From Kondoa subrosea (taxonomy: Eukaryota), in contig BCIN01000001.1 of assembly GCA_039545335.1 (NCBI GenBank), positions 1,919,129 through 1,983,128 of the forward strand: 64,000 nt of DNA. Reading direction: 5' to 3'. Made by a program: the position numbers and the translations under genes. The notes beneath the pieces were generated by a model, which made no database searches, was not told where the DNA came from, and saw only the letters and a list, made by a program, of their open reading frames with translations. Shown here in pieces: positions 27,001 to 37,783 of the stretch. Positions within the stretch are counted from its first letter, which is position 1; each line of letters begins with the position of its first letter.

Positions 27001-27520
27001 CATGGTTTGCAGGAAGGTTAGGAACTAGACCAGGCCGAATAACGTGTTGATAAGTCTCACTTAGACGATGTTGATAAACTCCAGGCTGAGCTTTTCCAGG
27101 ATCGGTTCTGATAGTTTCCAAGACACCTTCACCAAAGCTTGTGTTAAACCGAATTTCAGGTTGCGAGATCGTGGGTATAGGTAAAGGAGGTGAGTCTGAG
27201 TTGATTGGGCTGAAGAAGACTTGGCCAACTGGATTTGGGATGTGAATGTCAGTTGTCGGGTGATTGGTCAAGAAGATTGGTGATTGCGCCGCTTGAACAG
27301 CAAAGCCTTCGTTGATAAGAAACCGGTAGGCACCTCTTCGAATATGAGCACCAAGAAGGTAGAGAGCAACAAAATGCCATCTAGTCCAAAGTTTGGCCAA
27401 ACTTCGAATTTCAGCCCTGAAGCGCAAAGCTCCTTTGTCACCGAGGACTGATTTCGATACACCGCTAGCTAAAGTGCCATGTCTTCTGGTCTTTCTTTTG
27501 CGAGTCTTCTTTGCAGGCAT
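24053..27520 (-). CDS. Fanzor1-like RNA-guided RuvC endonuclease (TnpB/Cas12 family), ~1104 aa, 4 coding exons: 27520-26171, 26120-24891, 24839-24622, 24569-24053
   Basis: RuvC-I VIQVDPGQTYL, RuvC-II region LVFWEMGYGKAARG and VVLVHPYNTTALCSH, Zn-finger half RLVGCTIC, RuvC-III ISRDGGASSTVGDIG, C-terminal GQRP.Y. Upstream FSPIEICP..IAINHELL and FKSDG motifs. Basic N-terminus MPAKKTRKRKTRR. Three 50-52-nt GT-AG introns join the ORFs in frame. Confidence 0.85.
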
Positions 27521-28948
27521 GCTATACAAATGTAAGGTGAGCTGCGGTGCGGTGGAGACTTTTCAAAACCAAACTTACATGTGAAGACAGATAGTACAGT
27601 AGGTTCAACAATATGTATTGAGTAGCAGAGAAGAAGATCCAATGGGACTGAATAGTTTGCAACGCGCACTTAGCCCTATTTTCGGCAACTGGGTCAATGC
27701 AGCTTACGTGCCCTCGTCACTGAGCGAAAGAACGTGAGCGAGGATCTATAGCTGCCGAAGCTTACTCACATTATGAAAAGGAGAAAGTGCGAACAGAACG
27801 TATATGCAGAAAACGAAAACGCAGCGAAGCCAGTACGAAGAGTGAAAAGTTTCGCAGATTAGAACGAAAAGGAGATCAAAGGACAAGCAAAGGAGTATCG
27901 AAGACTAATAAGAAGCGTCTCGACCCGTTTGCGAAGCGTTCAGTACATGAGCTGTCACGGTTGAGAGAAGAAGAAGTTTTTGGAAAAAAAGCCAAGTGCT
28001 TGAGTCGCTTCCTCCTCATCTCGAGCCACTACGATAGCGGAAGGAAGTGTGAACAGCAGCAGAGGTAGACAAATGTGCAGAGACACTTTTGAAAATGCAA
28101 CCTTGCGTTCTCTTGCTTCAACGAGCCAAACAATTCCCTTACCTCTTTGCTCTGTCTGCTCTCCTCATGAATGATCAGGCTGCGACCTACAGAGCAGTAC
28201 TTCACTTTCTGGTCTCGCTCTTGAGAACAGGGCGATAGTCCACTCCAAATCGATTCTTTTCAACGTTGAAAAACCCTTTTGCCGGACAGTTCGGAGCAAT
28301 TACTTTCACAGGCTGTATGCTACACTGAGTATGCCGCAACCAATCGCTGAGCAGGATCCCAAAACTCGAATGCAACATCTAGTCTTCTATTCTTTGTTCT
28401 CAAGTGATAAATATTTGGCAAAGCAACAAGTCATGGTGGTCTGTAGAGGGAAAGGTAGATCCTGGAATGCCGCATCGCCATCTCAATACACTTCATCTAA
28501 TATTCGCACTGCAATCTGGCTTCGACCTATGTTTTCGGTCATACTGCGAAAGGTTTCCATTGGCTTATGCACCTGTACTCTAGCTCGGTCAGTGAAGTCA
28601 TTGCTTCAAGCGTGATGCAGTATTTGCTAATCAATGCAGGAGTTACCCTTCTCACTTCAATCCAGGTAGCTAGCTGCTTTCTTTCTTGAGGCGATAGATT
28701 GGGTCGTGACACTTTCGCCTTTCTCGTACAGGCGGAACACTACATATTAAAGCTAGCTCTACTTTCAGTCGCATTTCAAAATTCCTTTGGTTTCAAATAC
28801 AAGTTCCTCTCAAGTCCGTTCCACCTTGACATTAGCATCGCAATACCGTCCCCTTCACTGAGCAGCTGGTCCATATGAAGTGTAGAATGCAAATCAGGAA
28901 CTAGATTCTTGTCTGGAAAGCGACAACATACCAAAACTGCACTCAAGT

Positions 28949-30067
28949 CTAAGCAATACGAGCTCGCTTTGAGCGTCTCAACGTTTCACTTGCGTCTTCA
29001 TGGGTTCTGCGAGCTGTACGAGTGGAAGGTCCTGGACTAGTAGGCATTCTTAAAACAAGACGAGGTCGTGCTGATGCAACAGGATTAGGAGCATGACTAG
29101 AACCAGAACCAGATGGAGCAGCAAAAGTAGAGCCAGAACCAGAGCCAGAGCCAGAGCCAGAGCCAGATGGAGCAGCAGCAGCAGTCTCACCCATAGTTGG
29201 ATCATCTGCAGTAGCCGAAGGATCTTCATCCTCTTCAGTTCTTGGATCGACATCGACGGAAGAAACAATCTTGGTCGAGTGCTTGCTGACCATTTGGCGG
29301 ATGAAGGTCATAATCTGTTCTTTGTTGAGCTGCTTGTCCTTGTTCTTCTTGCTCTGAATCTGATTTTGCAATTTCAACGAGCAAAATCCCAGCATAACCG
29401 TGAAAGGAGTTTTCTTGTTGCCCTTCTGTCTCAAAGTTTCCAAGATCTTCGAATCAAGCTCTTCATGTTCTTCAGGATGGTCAGTCAAATACATCCCAAC
29501 CATGACCGCGTTCAGCATGTTGCTTCCACCTGTCCAACCGTTGTACTTCAATTTCACCAATTCCGGCAGACTGCACGGATTGCCCTTTTGGATACACCAA
29601 ACCTCCTCTGCCATCTCTCCTGCTGTCAGGTCTTTCTTGCTCAACAAAGTAAAGCCATGAAGTCTTATTTTCATGTCCGTCTTCACATTCCCGCTCATGA
29701 CTACGAAAGTTTTCTTTTCGGTTAGATGCGCTGGGAATTTGGCTAAGAATTCGTCTCTAGCAGAATCCCATTTAATCGTTCTCAAAGATCTGCCGCTGGC
29801 TACTGTTTCTTCGACAGCTGGAGTTGGCGGATTTTCTTGACGAGCGCTCTGGGCTGTTCATGCTTTCATGAGCCTTGTAACAGATTGGTATCGTATTCAC
29901 ATACCTCCGCGACGGTGAGCCAGCTCAACCGCTGAAACAATTGCTTTCTTATAATCAGCAGCCAATTTCTGCTCTCTTCTCTCTTGTTCCTTCTTGTGCT
30001 TCTTATTGTTCGCCTTTATGGCTGAACCTATCATATCCTGCACATCTTCTCTCGAGATGGAGCTCAT
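28949..30067 (-). CDS. Orphan protein (2 exons): N-terminal coiled coil, globular core, Gly-Ser linker, basic C-terminal tail
   Basis: ATG at 30067 (MSSISREDVQ...), donor GTATGT at 29904 splices in frame into the 278-aa ORF, which ends ...LRRSKRARIA*. Confidence 0.7.
29129..29167. repeat. Hexamer microsatellite (AGAGCC)n encoding (SG)n
   Basis: agagccagaaccagagccagagccagagccagagccaga. Confidence 0.85.
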
Positions 30068-30607
30068 TTCTCGTCTGAACTCGACTGTTCAAAAAAAGAA
30101 CAAGCTGAAACACGTAATACAGAGTTCGGTATATCGGCGCGCATCTGCCGACCAAACACCGCAGTCTTTGCGATCAAGACCTACATCTTAGGGTTATGAG
30201 AGGTTTGAAATCCGCTTACTTCATTGGCTATTCCACTCATCAAATGCCTAGACCTCTATCAGGCTTTAACGTCACCGCAGCAACACTGCAAATCGTCGAC
30301 CATCCCGCCAATGTCCGTGCTACTAGCTACTTCACTTGGAGAGCTGATTGTGAGTTACTGGGCCAATCTACTGGAGACGCTAACAAAGCGGGGCATAGGT
30401 TGATCTTAAAGTAAACAGCTGTTTCAAGACTTGCGAGAAATACCTGTAGGTGAGCTTTGCATGAGCAGCTCTGGGACTTCAGCGAAAAATCTTGCTCTTT
30501 CAAAAGAGATGACAGATGAATGCAATGCAATGATTATTTACAAACGGTCTTATGAATTCACTTCAATTTACTACTCAGAATGTCCTCTTCTCTATCATCT
30601 AGAGCAC

Positions 30608-31393
30608 TTAGGAGGTGAAGGTGATGGTATCGATGACGAGGTAAGGACAGCCAGTATCAGTCTTGACGCGAGAGTCTTGTAAGTTGGAACTGTTCGAACC
30701 AAGTCAGACTGATCAGCATAACTCTCGACAGACTCGCAAAAGGAAGGCTCACATGGTAATGGTCGAGGTTTCCTCAAGTACCAAGTCGCCTTTGTAAGTG
30801 TAAACAGAAATACCATCGGCAGAATAAGCGTCGCCTGAAAATCAGAAGCAGATGAGCATGCAATGTTCAACTGCGAAAGGGCAAAAATCACCTTGCTGAC
30901 AGTCCCTAGTTCCAGTAACGCAGATTCTGAAAGCACCTCTATCATTCTTGGTATCGACATTGATGCTGCCGATCAGAGTCGAATCAGCAGGGACACAATG
31001 CACAATGCAATGCGGACGAACTTGAAAGTGGTAGACAATTCGGGAACGGCAATTTGCCAATAAGCAGAGCAGTTGTCAGTGTACTCGATAGCTTGACCAG
31101 CATTGTCTTGACCAGCAGTCCAAGATGGAGTAGTTTTAGCTGAAAGAGAAACACGAGGTATGAGCTGATCGAACTGAACGTGTGTATAATGACATACGAG
31201 CAACATAGTAGGTGACCTCAGGCGAGTTGCTGATCGCGAGAAGCAAGTCAGATGCAGCTCACTAAAGACTGTTGACGAGTACTGACGCGTGATACACTAC
31301 CGGCTCATGAGGTGCGCGTTTGGCAATAGAAGCTGCAGAGACGCTCATGACAGCAGCAGAGATGAGAGTGATGATAGAGATAATTTGAACCAT
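30608..31393 (-). CDS. Small secreted beta-sandwich protein (galactose-binding/CBM-like), ~165 aa, 5-6 exons
   Basis: Signal peptide MVQIISIITLISAAVMSVSA, Kex2-type KR site, then spliced ...DTKNDRGAFRICVTG..DAYSADG..TITISNLQD..PYLVIDTITFTS*. Four Cys. Confidence 0.7.
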
Positions 31394-31708
31394 GATGAAG
31401 ATGTCTTGTTGAATGCGAAAATGAGATTGAGGTCAGGTGGATGAGAAAGAATCAGAACAAGAGAGTAATCGCTGTGTTTTATATGAAAGCGAAGCACCGC
31501 CGAGATGATGTCGATAATGCAAGTACGGTCCGACTCTTCGCCTCACAAGTAGAAATCAATTTTCCCGTGCCCATTCCATAGAGCGTTGAAGAGGCGATGC
31601 CCAGCATCGCTACAAGGCAAAGAAAGGGAGAGAAAATGAGGGGCCTGTCTACAGTTTGAAAGGGCTATAAGGAAATTCATGATATGGAAGCGGCGAATTA
31701 CCTGCAGT

Positions 31709-33277
31709 CTATGCTTTGATGTTCTGCTCACGATCCTCTACCACTTCTTCGCATCCTTCCGCTGTCGAGGTAACAAATGATCGCCTTCTTCGATCAACAT
31801 CGTATCTTCTCGAGAACCCTCGGTCGTCCCGGATCGAATCTCTTCCGCTATCTCTTCTCGAATCTCTTCTATCGTCTCTTCTAGGACTACGGCTTCTAGT
31901 TCTCCTTCTTTTATTGCTAGAATGACTGTCCTCTTCCGCAAGATCAAAGACAATAGAATGACCTTCTCCTCGATGCGAAGGTGGAGGCGATCTGGAACGA
32001 CGATGTGATGGACCTTTGTTCGGTGGCGCTCCACCTCCACTGAAACATCCAATGAAACTTCAGTCTAGTATCCAATTCAAGCGGTAATTGGGATTCCACT
32101 TACGTTTTGCTAAAGACGCATTGCCCATGAAGATGCGGTACACCTGTGAGAGAGTGAAAAGTTAGCCAAAGCTTCATATATGTACACAGTGCATAAGAAG
32201 GACTGACTTTGAAAGATCTCAACATGAATACGCCTGTCGTCAATCAAGACATTATCCATCTTTACATAAGCTCTTTCCGCTTCTTCCCTCTTATCAAACT
32301 CGATGAAAGCATAATTCAAACTATCACCAGTTTTTTGACTTCACAACTCAGAATAGTACCAAATCTTGAAAAGATGAGTTCTAGATCTTCTGATCTTGTG
32401 ACTGCGTTGAATTTACAAACAAAGAGCACGTTTTCTGGTGGTCGAACATCAGCAAAAGGTAAATGTCCAACCATTTCCAAAGTGAGAGCTTGAGCTCGAG
32501 CTTCAGCTGCTCTTTCTTTTAGCTTCTTTTTCTTCTTCGTCTGCAGTAGGATCTTCTAGTTCTTCTTCATCACCTATTCGTAACGATTTGAGTTGAGCTT
32601 TAGTAGGTACTGGTGAATCTGGTGGAATGACCAAATCAGGCGGATCAGGAAATGGGTCGTCTTTTGTTTCTGTTAGTACTGCAAGTGAAAGACGGAAGGA
32701 AATAATGTCAGACGCACCAAGTGCTATAACATGCCGTATCCTGACATCCCTCAAAGGTCTATAACTCGCATCCACAAACACCTCATTCAATTTCCTTAAA
32801 GTCGTTATACTTTCTTCTCCTACGACCTTCCCAAAAGGTACATGTTTCCCATCTAGATAATCCATATCTTGTTTCAAAGTGAAGAAGAATTGAGAACCAC
32901 AAACTTCATTTGCTACTGCCATTGAAAGTGTACCGAAACATGCATGCCGAAGTTTAGGTAGTTTGAATTCTGGAGTGAAATAAGGAGAAGAAGGGAAGTA
33001 GGCTGATCCACCTGAACCTGAATCTGTTGGATCACCAGTTTGGGCGATGAAATCTTGCTGAACATTGAAGAAAGAGCACAAGTTGTAGTGATATGTTTTG
33101 CAGAGCTGCGGCCACACATGTTATATTCAGCGTGTGTATCTCTCAAGTAAAGCTAGAAGGAGAGCTCACCTTTAAGAAAGATCAACCTATTGCGTTGCTC
33201 TGTCAGCATAATGATACGTGAGGGACAAAGCCACTCACAATCAGATCTCCGAGCGAAGTCTCGAACACCACAGACAT
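31709..33277 (-). CDS. PPIL4: Cyclophilin-RRM protein PPIL4 (Cyp59/Rct1-like)
   Basis: [80 protein letters not shown]-rich tail. Confidence 0.93.
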
Positions 33278-33340
33278 TGGCGGACAAATGTCAACCTGCA
33301 CTCTTGCACCCAAACAATAATGTCGAAGTCGACATCGAAA

Positions 33341-34406
33341 ATGCTTGAAAGCAAGCAGCGATTTCTCGCAGGCTCTCGAACTCTATGAGATAAGCTGGAC
33401 AAGACTCATTGGAATGCGATAGATTGTTATCCTTGGAAGCGGCGGAATTGGGAAAAGTAGTCTTACTGTCCAATTCGTGCAGTAAGTGCTTATTTCAAGC
33501 GAAAGCCATAAGAGTTGACAATTGAATGCAGCTCGATATTTGTCGAAAAGTCAGTCACTCTCCTCATGTGTACGCGTATAATCATCATACCTACTCCTTT
33601 GGAATAGATACGAGTGAGTTCATGTAAAGATTTATCGCGTATTGATCTGACATGTGGTCCAGTCCGACGATCGAAGATAGCTACAGGAAAGTAGTGCAAG
33701 TGGATGGCAAAGCTATATCTGTCGAGATTGTCGACACAGCGGGCACAGAACAATTCATGTCTTTGCGTACGTCTTTTCCTTCGGGTCTGTTCTTTGGGCT
33801 CATCTCGCATATAGACTCGCTATACATAAAAGGAGGGGATGCTTTCGCGCGTACGTCTTTGCTGACTTTGTGCGAGACTCTCAATCAAATTATGCAATGT
33901 GTACAGTCGTCTTCAGTCTTACAAGTATAGACTCAGTCAATGAGCTGTCTGCGATAAGGCAGCAAATAGTAAGGATAAAGGAAAGTGAAGGTCTATCAGA
34001 AGTGCGTAGATTCCTACTCCGCCGTACAATGTTCAAACATTGCGAGCAGAAAGACATTCCCATGTGCATTGTTGGCAACAAATGGTGAGCTTCTTCCTTT
34101 GGCTTACAACAGTATATGCTGATGCGCAACAGCGATCTATCTGCACAAAGACAAGTACCGCGAGATGTAGCGATAGCTTTGTCGCGGATGTGGTTGGATG
34201 TACCGTACGTGACGAGATCTGGTCTTCCATCTGTGTTTTTGAACTAGCAACACAGGTACTATGAGACTTCTGCGCGGAAAGGAATCAACGTGGATGCAGT
34301 CTTTGAAGATTTAGTACGACAATTAATAAGGCGGGACGAGAACAGAGGTGCGAGTCGATCAAGAAGCAGACAAGGGAAACGGAAACATCGGTGTATTGTT
34401 ATTTGA
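33341..34406 (+). CDS. Rap1/Rsr1-like small GTPase (5' end uncertain)
   Basis: [36 protein letters not shown] (Rap-type Thr61), IVGNK, YETSA, C-terminal CAAX CIVI*. Confidence 0.9.
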
Positions 34407-34608
34407 TTCAGGCAAGGGGTTACGTACACATTATCACGATTTTTGTACAGTAGAATCACGTAATAATGCATGCACTCGCTCGTTTAGCAGTTTCGCTTGT
34501 TGACTTGTTTCCACGACTTCGAATATACCATTGCTTCAATCTCGACTCACTCAAAAGCCGCATATACCCTCTCAAGCATAGATCTATCCCTACAGTCTCT
34601 CTGCAAGC

Positions 34609-35454
34609 ATGTCTGTCCGCAATCTTATGAAACAGAAAAAAGCGACTGCCCAAATCTCGCATCCTTACGCTCGTACGCTGCTCTAAACCATCTCTAGTTA
34701 CAAGATAACTAATGTAAATGACAGGCTACACTACTAAAGGACTTTCCTGCTCTTTATGTTCCGTTCCAGTCAAGCATGAACAACTCTGGTCTGCGCATTT
34801 AACATCAAAGGGACACAGAGCTGCAGTCCAACAAGCTCAACTAGTGAAAGAACAACAATTAGCTGAAGAATCACGCAAACGAGCTCTGGAAGAAGAAGAA
34901 CAGTTAGAGGCAGAAAGTAGTAATAAGAAAGCTCGAACGGATGATGATGATGCAGGAGCAGGAGCAGGAGATTTACCTGATGGTTTCTTTGATGATCCTA
35001 CACAAGCACCACAATCGATATCGAAAGAAACAGAAGCAGAAGAAGTAGATGAAGAATGGCTAGCGTTTGAAAGAGATGTTTTGGCAGATAATTTGAACAC
35101 GAGCGAAGGAGCTGGTGCAACTATTTCTGCTCCCGCTCAGTTGCTGGATGAGGAAGCTGTTGATGATGGAGGAATTGAGTTGAAAGTACAACAATTTGAT
35201 GGTGTGACTGGTGAAGTGATAGAAGACACTCAGGAGACGGAAGAGGAGAAAAGGGATAGGGAAGAACGCGAGGAACTGATGTCTAGGATAGACGAGTGCG
35301 TATAGAACGATCCATCTGAATTGTTGCTGATTCGTCACTCAGAGAGGAAAGAGAACAGCAAGAAGCTGATGCAAGAGTGACTTCGCTCAAGGCCAGGTTG
35401 GAACTGATACGGCAGAACAAGCAGAACAAGCAGAAGGGCAAAGGGAGAACGTAG
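34609..35454 (+). CDS. ZNF830/CCDC16-like C2H2 zinc-finger coiled-coil protein
   Basis: ISHPYA.Y, CSLC...WSAHLTSKGH, LPDGFFDDP, VDEEWLAFERDV, C-terminal coiled coil. Confidence 0.8.
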
Positions 35455-35753
35455 TAGTACTTTGCGAATGTGGCAGCAAGCCAGCAGGCATGTATCGTTC
35501 TTTCCTGCCTCTGTTTCTTTCCTTCTCACTTGGTCACTCCATCAGTGAGATCTGAAGTCTCTCGAAACGCATTCGCATGGGCGTCTCGGCCATTCATCTT
35601 TCCGCGAAGTCCCTGTTTCCTTGTCCTCATACGAAATTCAGGGATCAGATTGTATTGGTGGAATTCAATTCCATTGATTGCTTTGAATTTCTTTGTTTTT
35701 CACTAAGTCTCAGCTCTATGGCTCTGTTTTGTCTGTCTTACATAATTCTCGTT

Positions 35754-36593
35754 CTACATGGAAACCTTCTCCAATCCCTCAGCCCAAGAATCAGCAATAG
35801 TCTTCAATCTGTGCATTATTGATTCTCAGTCTATTATTTTTTCTCTACTAGTGAAAGAGTGACTTACGCATCCTCGTTAGCGTTCTCAGCAGCTTCGGCG
35901 ATCAAGAAAGTTTTTGCGCTCTGAACAATCACAAGGGTAGGTTTGCCAGATGAAGTGAGAGTGCAAGTATCAGTCGTCTTGTTTGAGAAAGAGTAATCAG
36001 AGCCTTCGAAAGAGATTGATTTTGGTGGTTGACCAGTAACCTATTCAATACCAGTCAGTACAAGGGAAAAGAACCAGGTAGAAAAGGGGGAAGTTACGGT
36101 GTTGTTGGTTCCCTCTACTTCTCGCTGAACGGAAAGTAAAGCGTCTAGCAATTCACGGGTCTGTTCTTGAGAAATCTAGATGTCACAGTGTCAATATCTG
36201 CGCTCTCTCTGTCGCATCAAAAAGACTAACGTTGAACTTCTTTACGGATCCAGCGATCTGCAAAGCGTCGTCTTTGTCGAAGAGAGCAGCTCGAGAGACG
36301 TTCTTGTTGTCCAGAACACGTTCTTGTAAGGCTGTACATCTCTTATAAGTCAGAGTTTATGACGGGGAAACCGACTGACTCTTCTCAAGATCATTGTTGT
36401 TCAGCTTGGATGGGCGATCAGCAATATCCATGTCCTCTCCAGTCTTCTGCAGTAGTGACACCCGTATCAGCCAGAGCAATACTACGGAAAGGGGTATTCA
36501 ACGTACTTCCTTGCGGGAACTTGGCTGAGCCTCTTTTGGAGCGGCGGTGCCAGACTCGACGAATTTGTTATCAGGGACTCGGTTGTGCAGCAT
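35754..36593 (-). CDS. Divergent profilin-like protein with N-terminal extension
   Basis: Spliced translation LQERVLDNKNVSRAALFDKD..F.ISQEQTRELLDAL..ISFEGSDY..LVIVQSAKTFLIAE..LKTIADSW follows the profilin secondary-structure and motif order. Confidence 0.55.
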
Positions 36594-36940
36594 GTTGAGA
36601 AGTGAGTAGAAGACTTGGTGGTCAAAAGCGAGCTCTAGAATTTTTTAAGGTGCATCGATGCGGATCGTCATCATTTACAATTCTCAATTTCACGTCACGG
36701 AGCCTGATCTTGAGGCAGGTGCTCTGTAGCTGCTCCTCCAGGGCTGCTTGAACGAGGCCCGACGAGAAAAACGCGTCAAATCTTCTTACGTAATCTCGAA
36801 GAGCGTCATAGCTTGACCTGATAATATCGCTTGTCAGCGAATCTCGATTATTAGACTCTCTTCACAGTGATCTCCAGTGCAAGAAATCCGAGGTCGATCC
36901 TCTTGGAATTTAGTTGTACCGATCTCCTTAAGCTGCAACC

Positions 36941-37617
36941 ATGTTTGCCCATTCTATTCGACCTATTCGTACTGCAAGTCTAGCCAAAAGACAGCTTTCC
37001 ATCTCTGCACCTCGTCTTGCTGGATTCGGGCAAGCAGGAAAGGATGATAAAGCAGTTCCCGCTTCACAGGTATGGATCACGATGCACTTAAGAACTCGCG
37101 CTGATTTCAGGCTTTCAGGCAGCGAATCGCAACGCTGTAAGCTCCTGATCGATAACATCACAGGTAGCTAAGGCTCTTTCAGCAACCTGCTACTGGTGGA
37201 AGCAACCAACACGAAATCACTGGCGATATCAGCAAAGCAGGAAAGAATGCTAAGACTGGCGAAAGTATGTCTCGTCCATTACTACAATTGAGCTCGTCTT
37301 ACTCTTTCGCAGCTGCCTCAGGAACTGCTGATCCGGGTATATTGCCTTCCATATAACGCGAATCGCATGAGCTCATCTTTGATTAGCTTCTGCTTCCGCT
37401 TCTAGCTACAACAGTACTTTAGATGGAGGTGTACAAGAAGAAGCAGGTGCAGGTGGATCGTAAGTCAATTGTACGGAATTCTCTTAGAGTTGATCTGATT
37501 ATGTAATCTAGTGACATGGGTCAAATGTCGAGCGAAATCAACGCCGAGAAGAAAGGCAAGATGTCAGGTCAAGAAACTGTTGGACAGAATCTAAGAGAGA
37601 AGCGAGGTGTATCATAA
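36941..37617 (+). CDS. Small hydrophilic Gly-rich protein with mitochondrial presequence, multiple micro-exons
   Basis: MFAHSIRPIRTASLAKRQLSISAPRL presequence, short exons flanked by GT/AG, ends ...NLREKRGVS*. Confidence 0.6.
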
Positions 37618-37783
37618 ACCGTTTGCGCAAAGAATGTTAAATCAAATCTGCAGTATTGATCCTGAGTTCCTCTGCTCTTCTCGCGCTCGAGCTTCCATGA
37701 AAAGATGCAGGAGAATCGAATTGGTCATGTTTTCTAAACGCTCTAGCAAGATCTCTATTTCATACATTATGTCTCTACTTGTT

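Noticed and set aside
29093..29725. 210-aa + strand ORF with RARARA repeats
   Set aside because: Antisense shadow of the orphan gene and its hexamer microsatellite.
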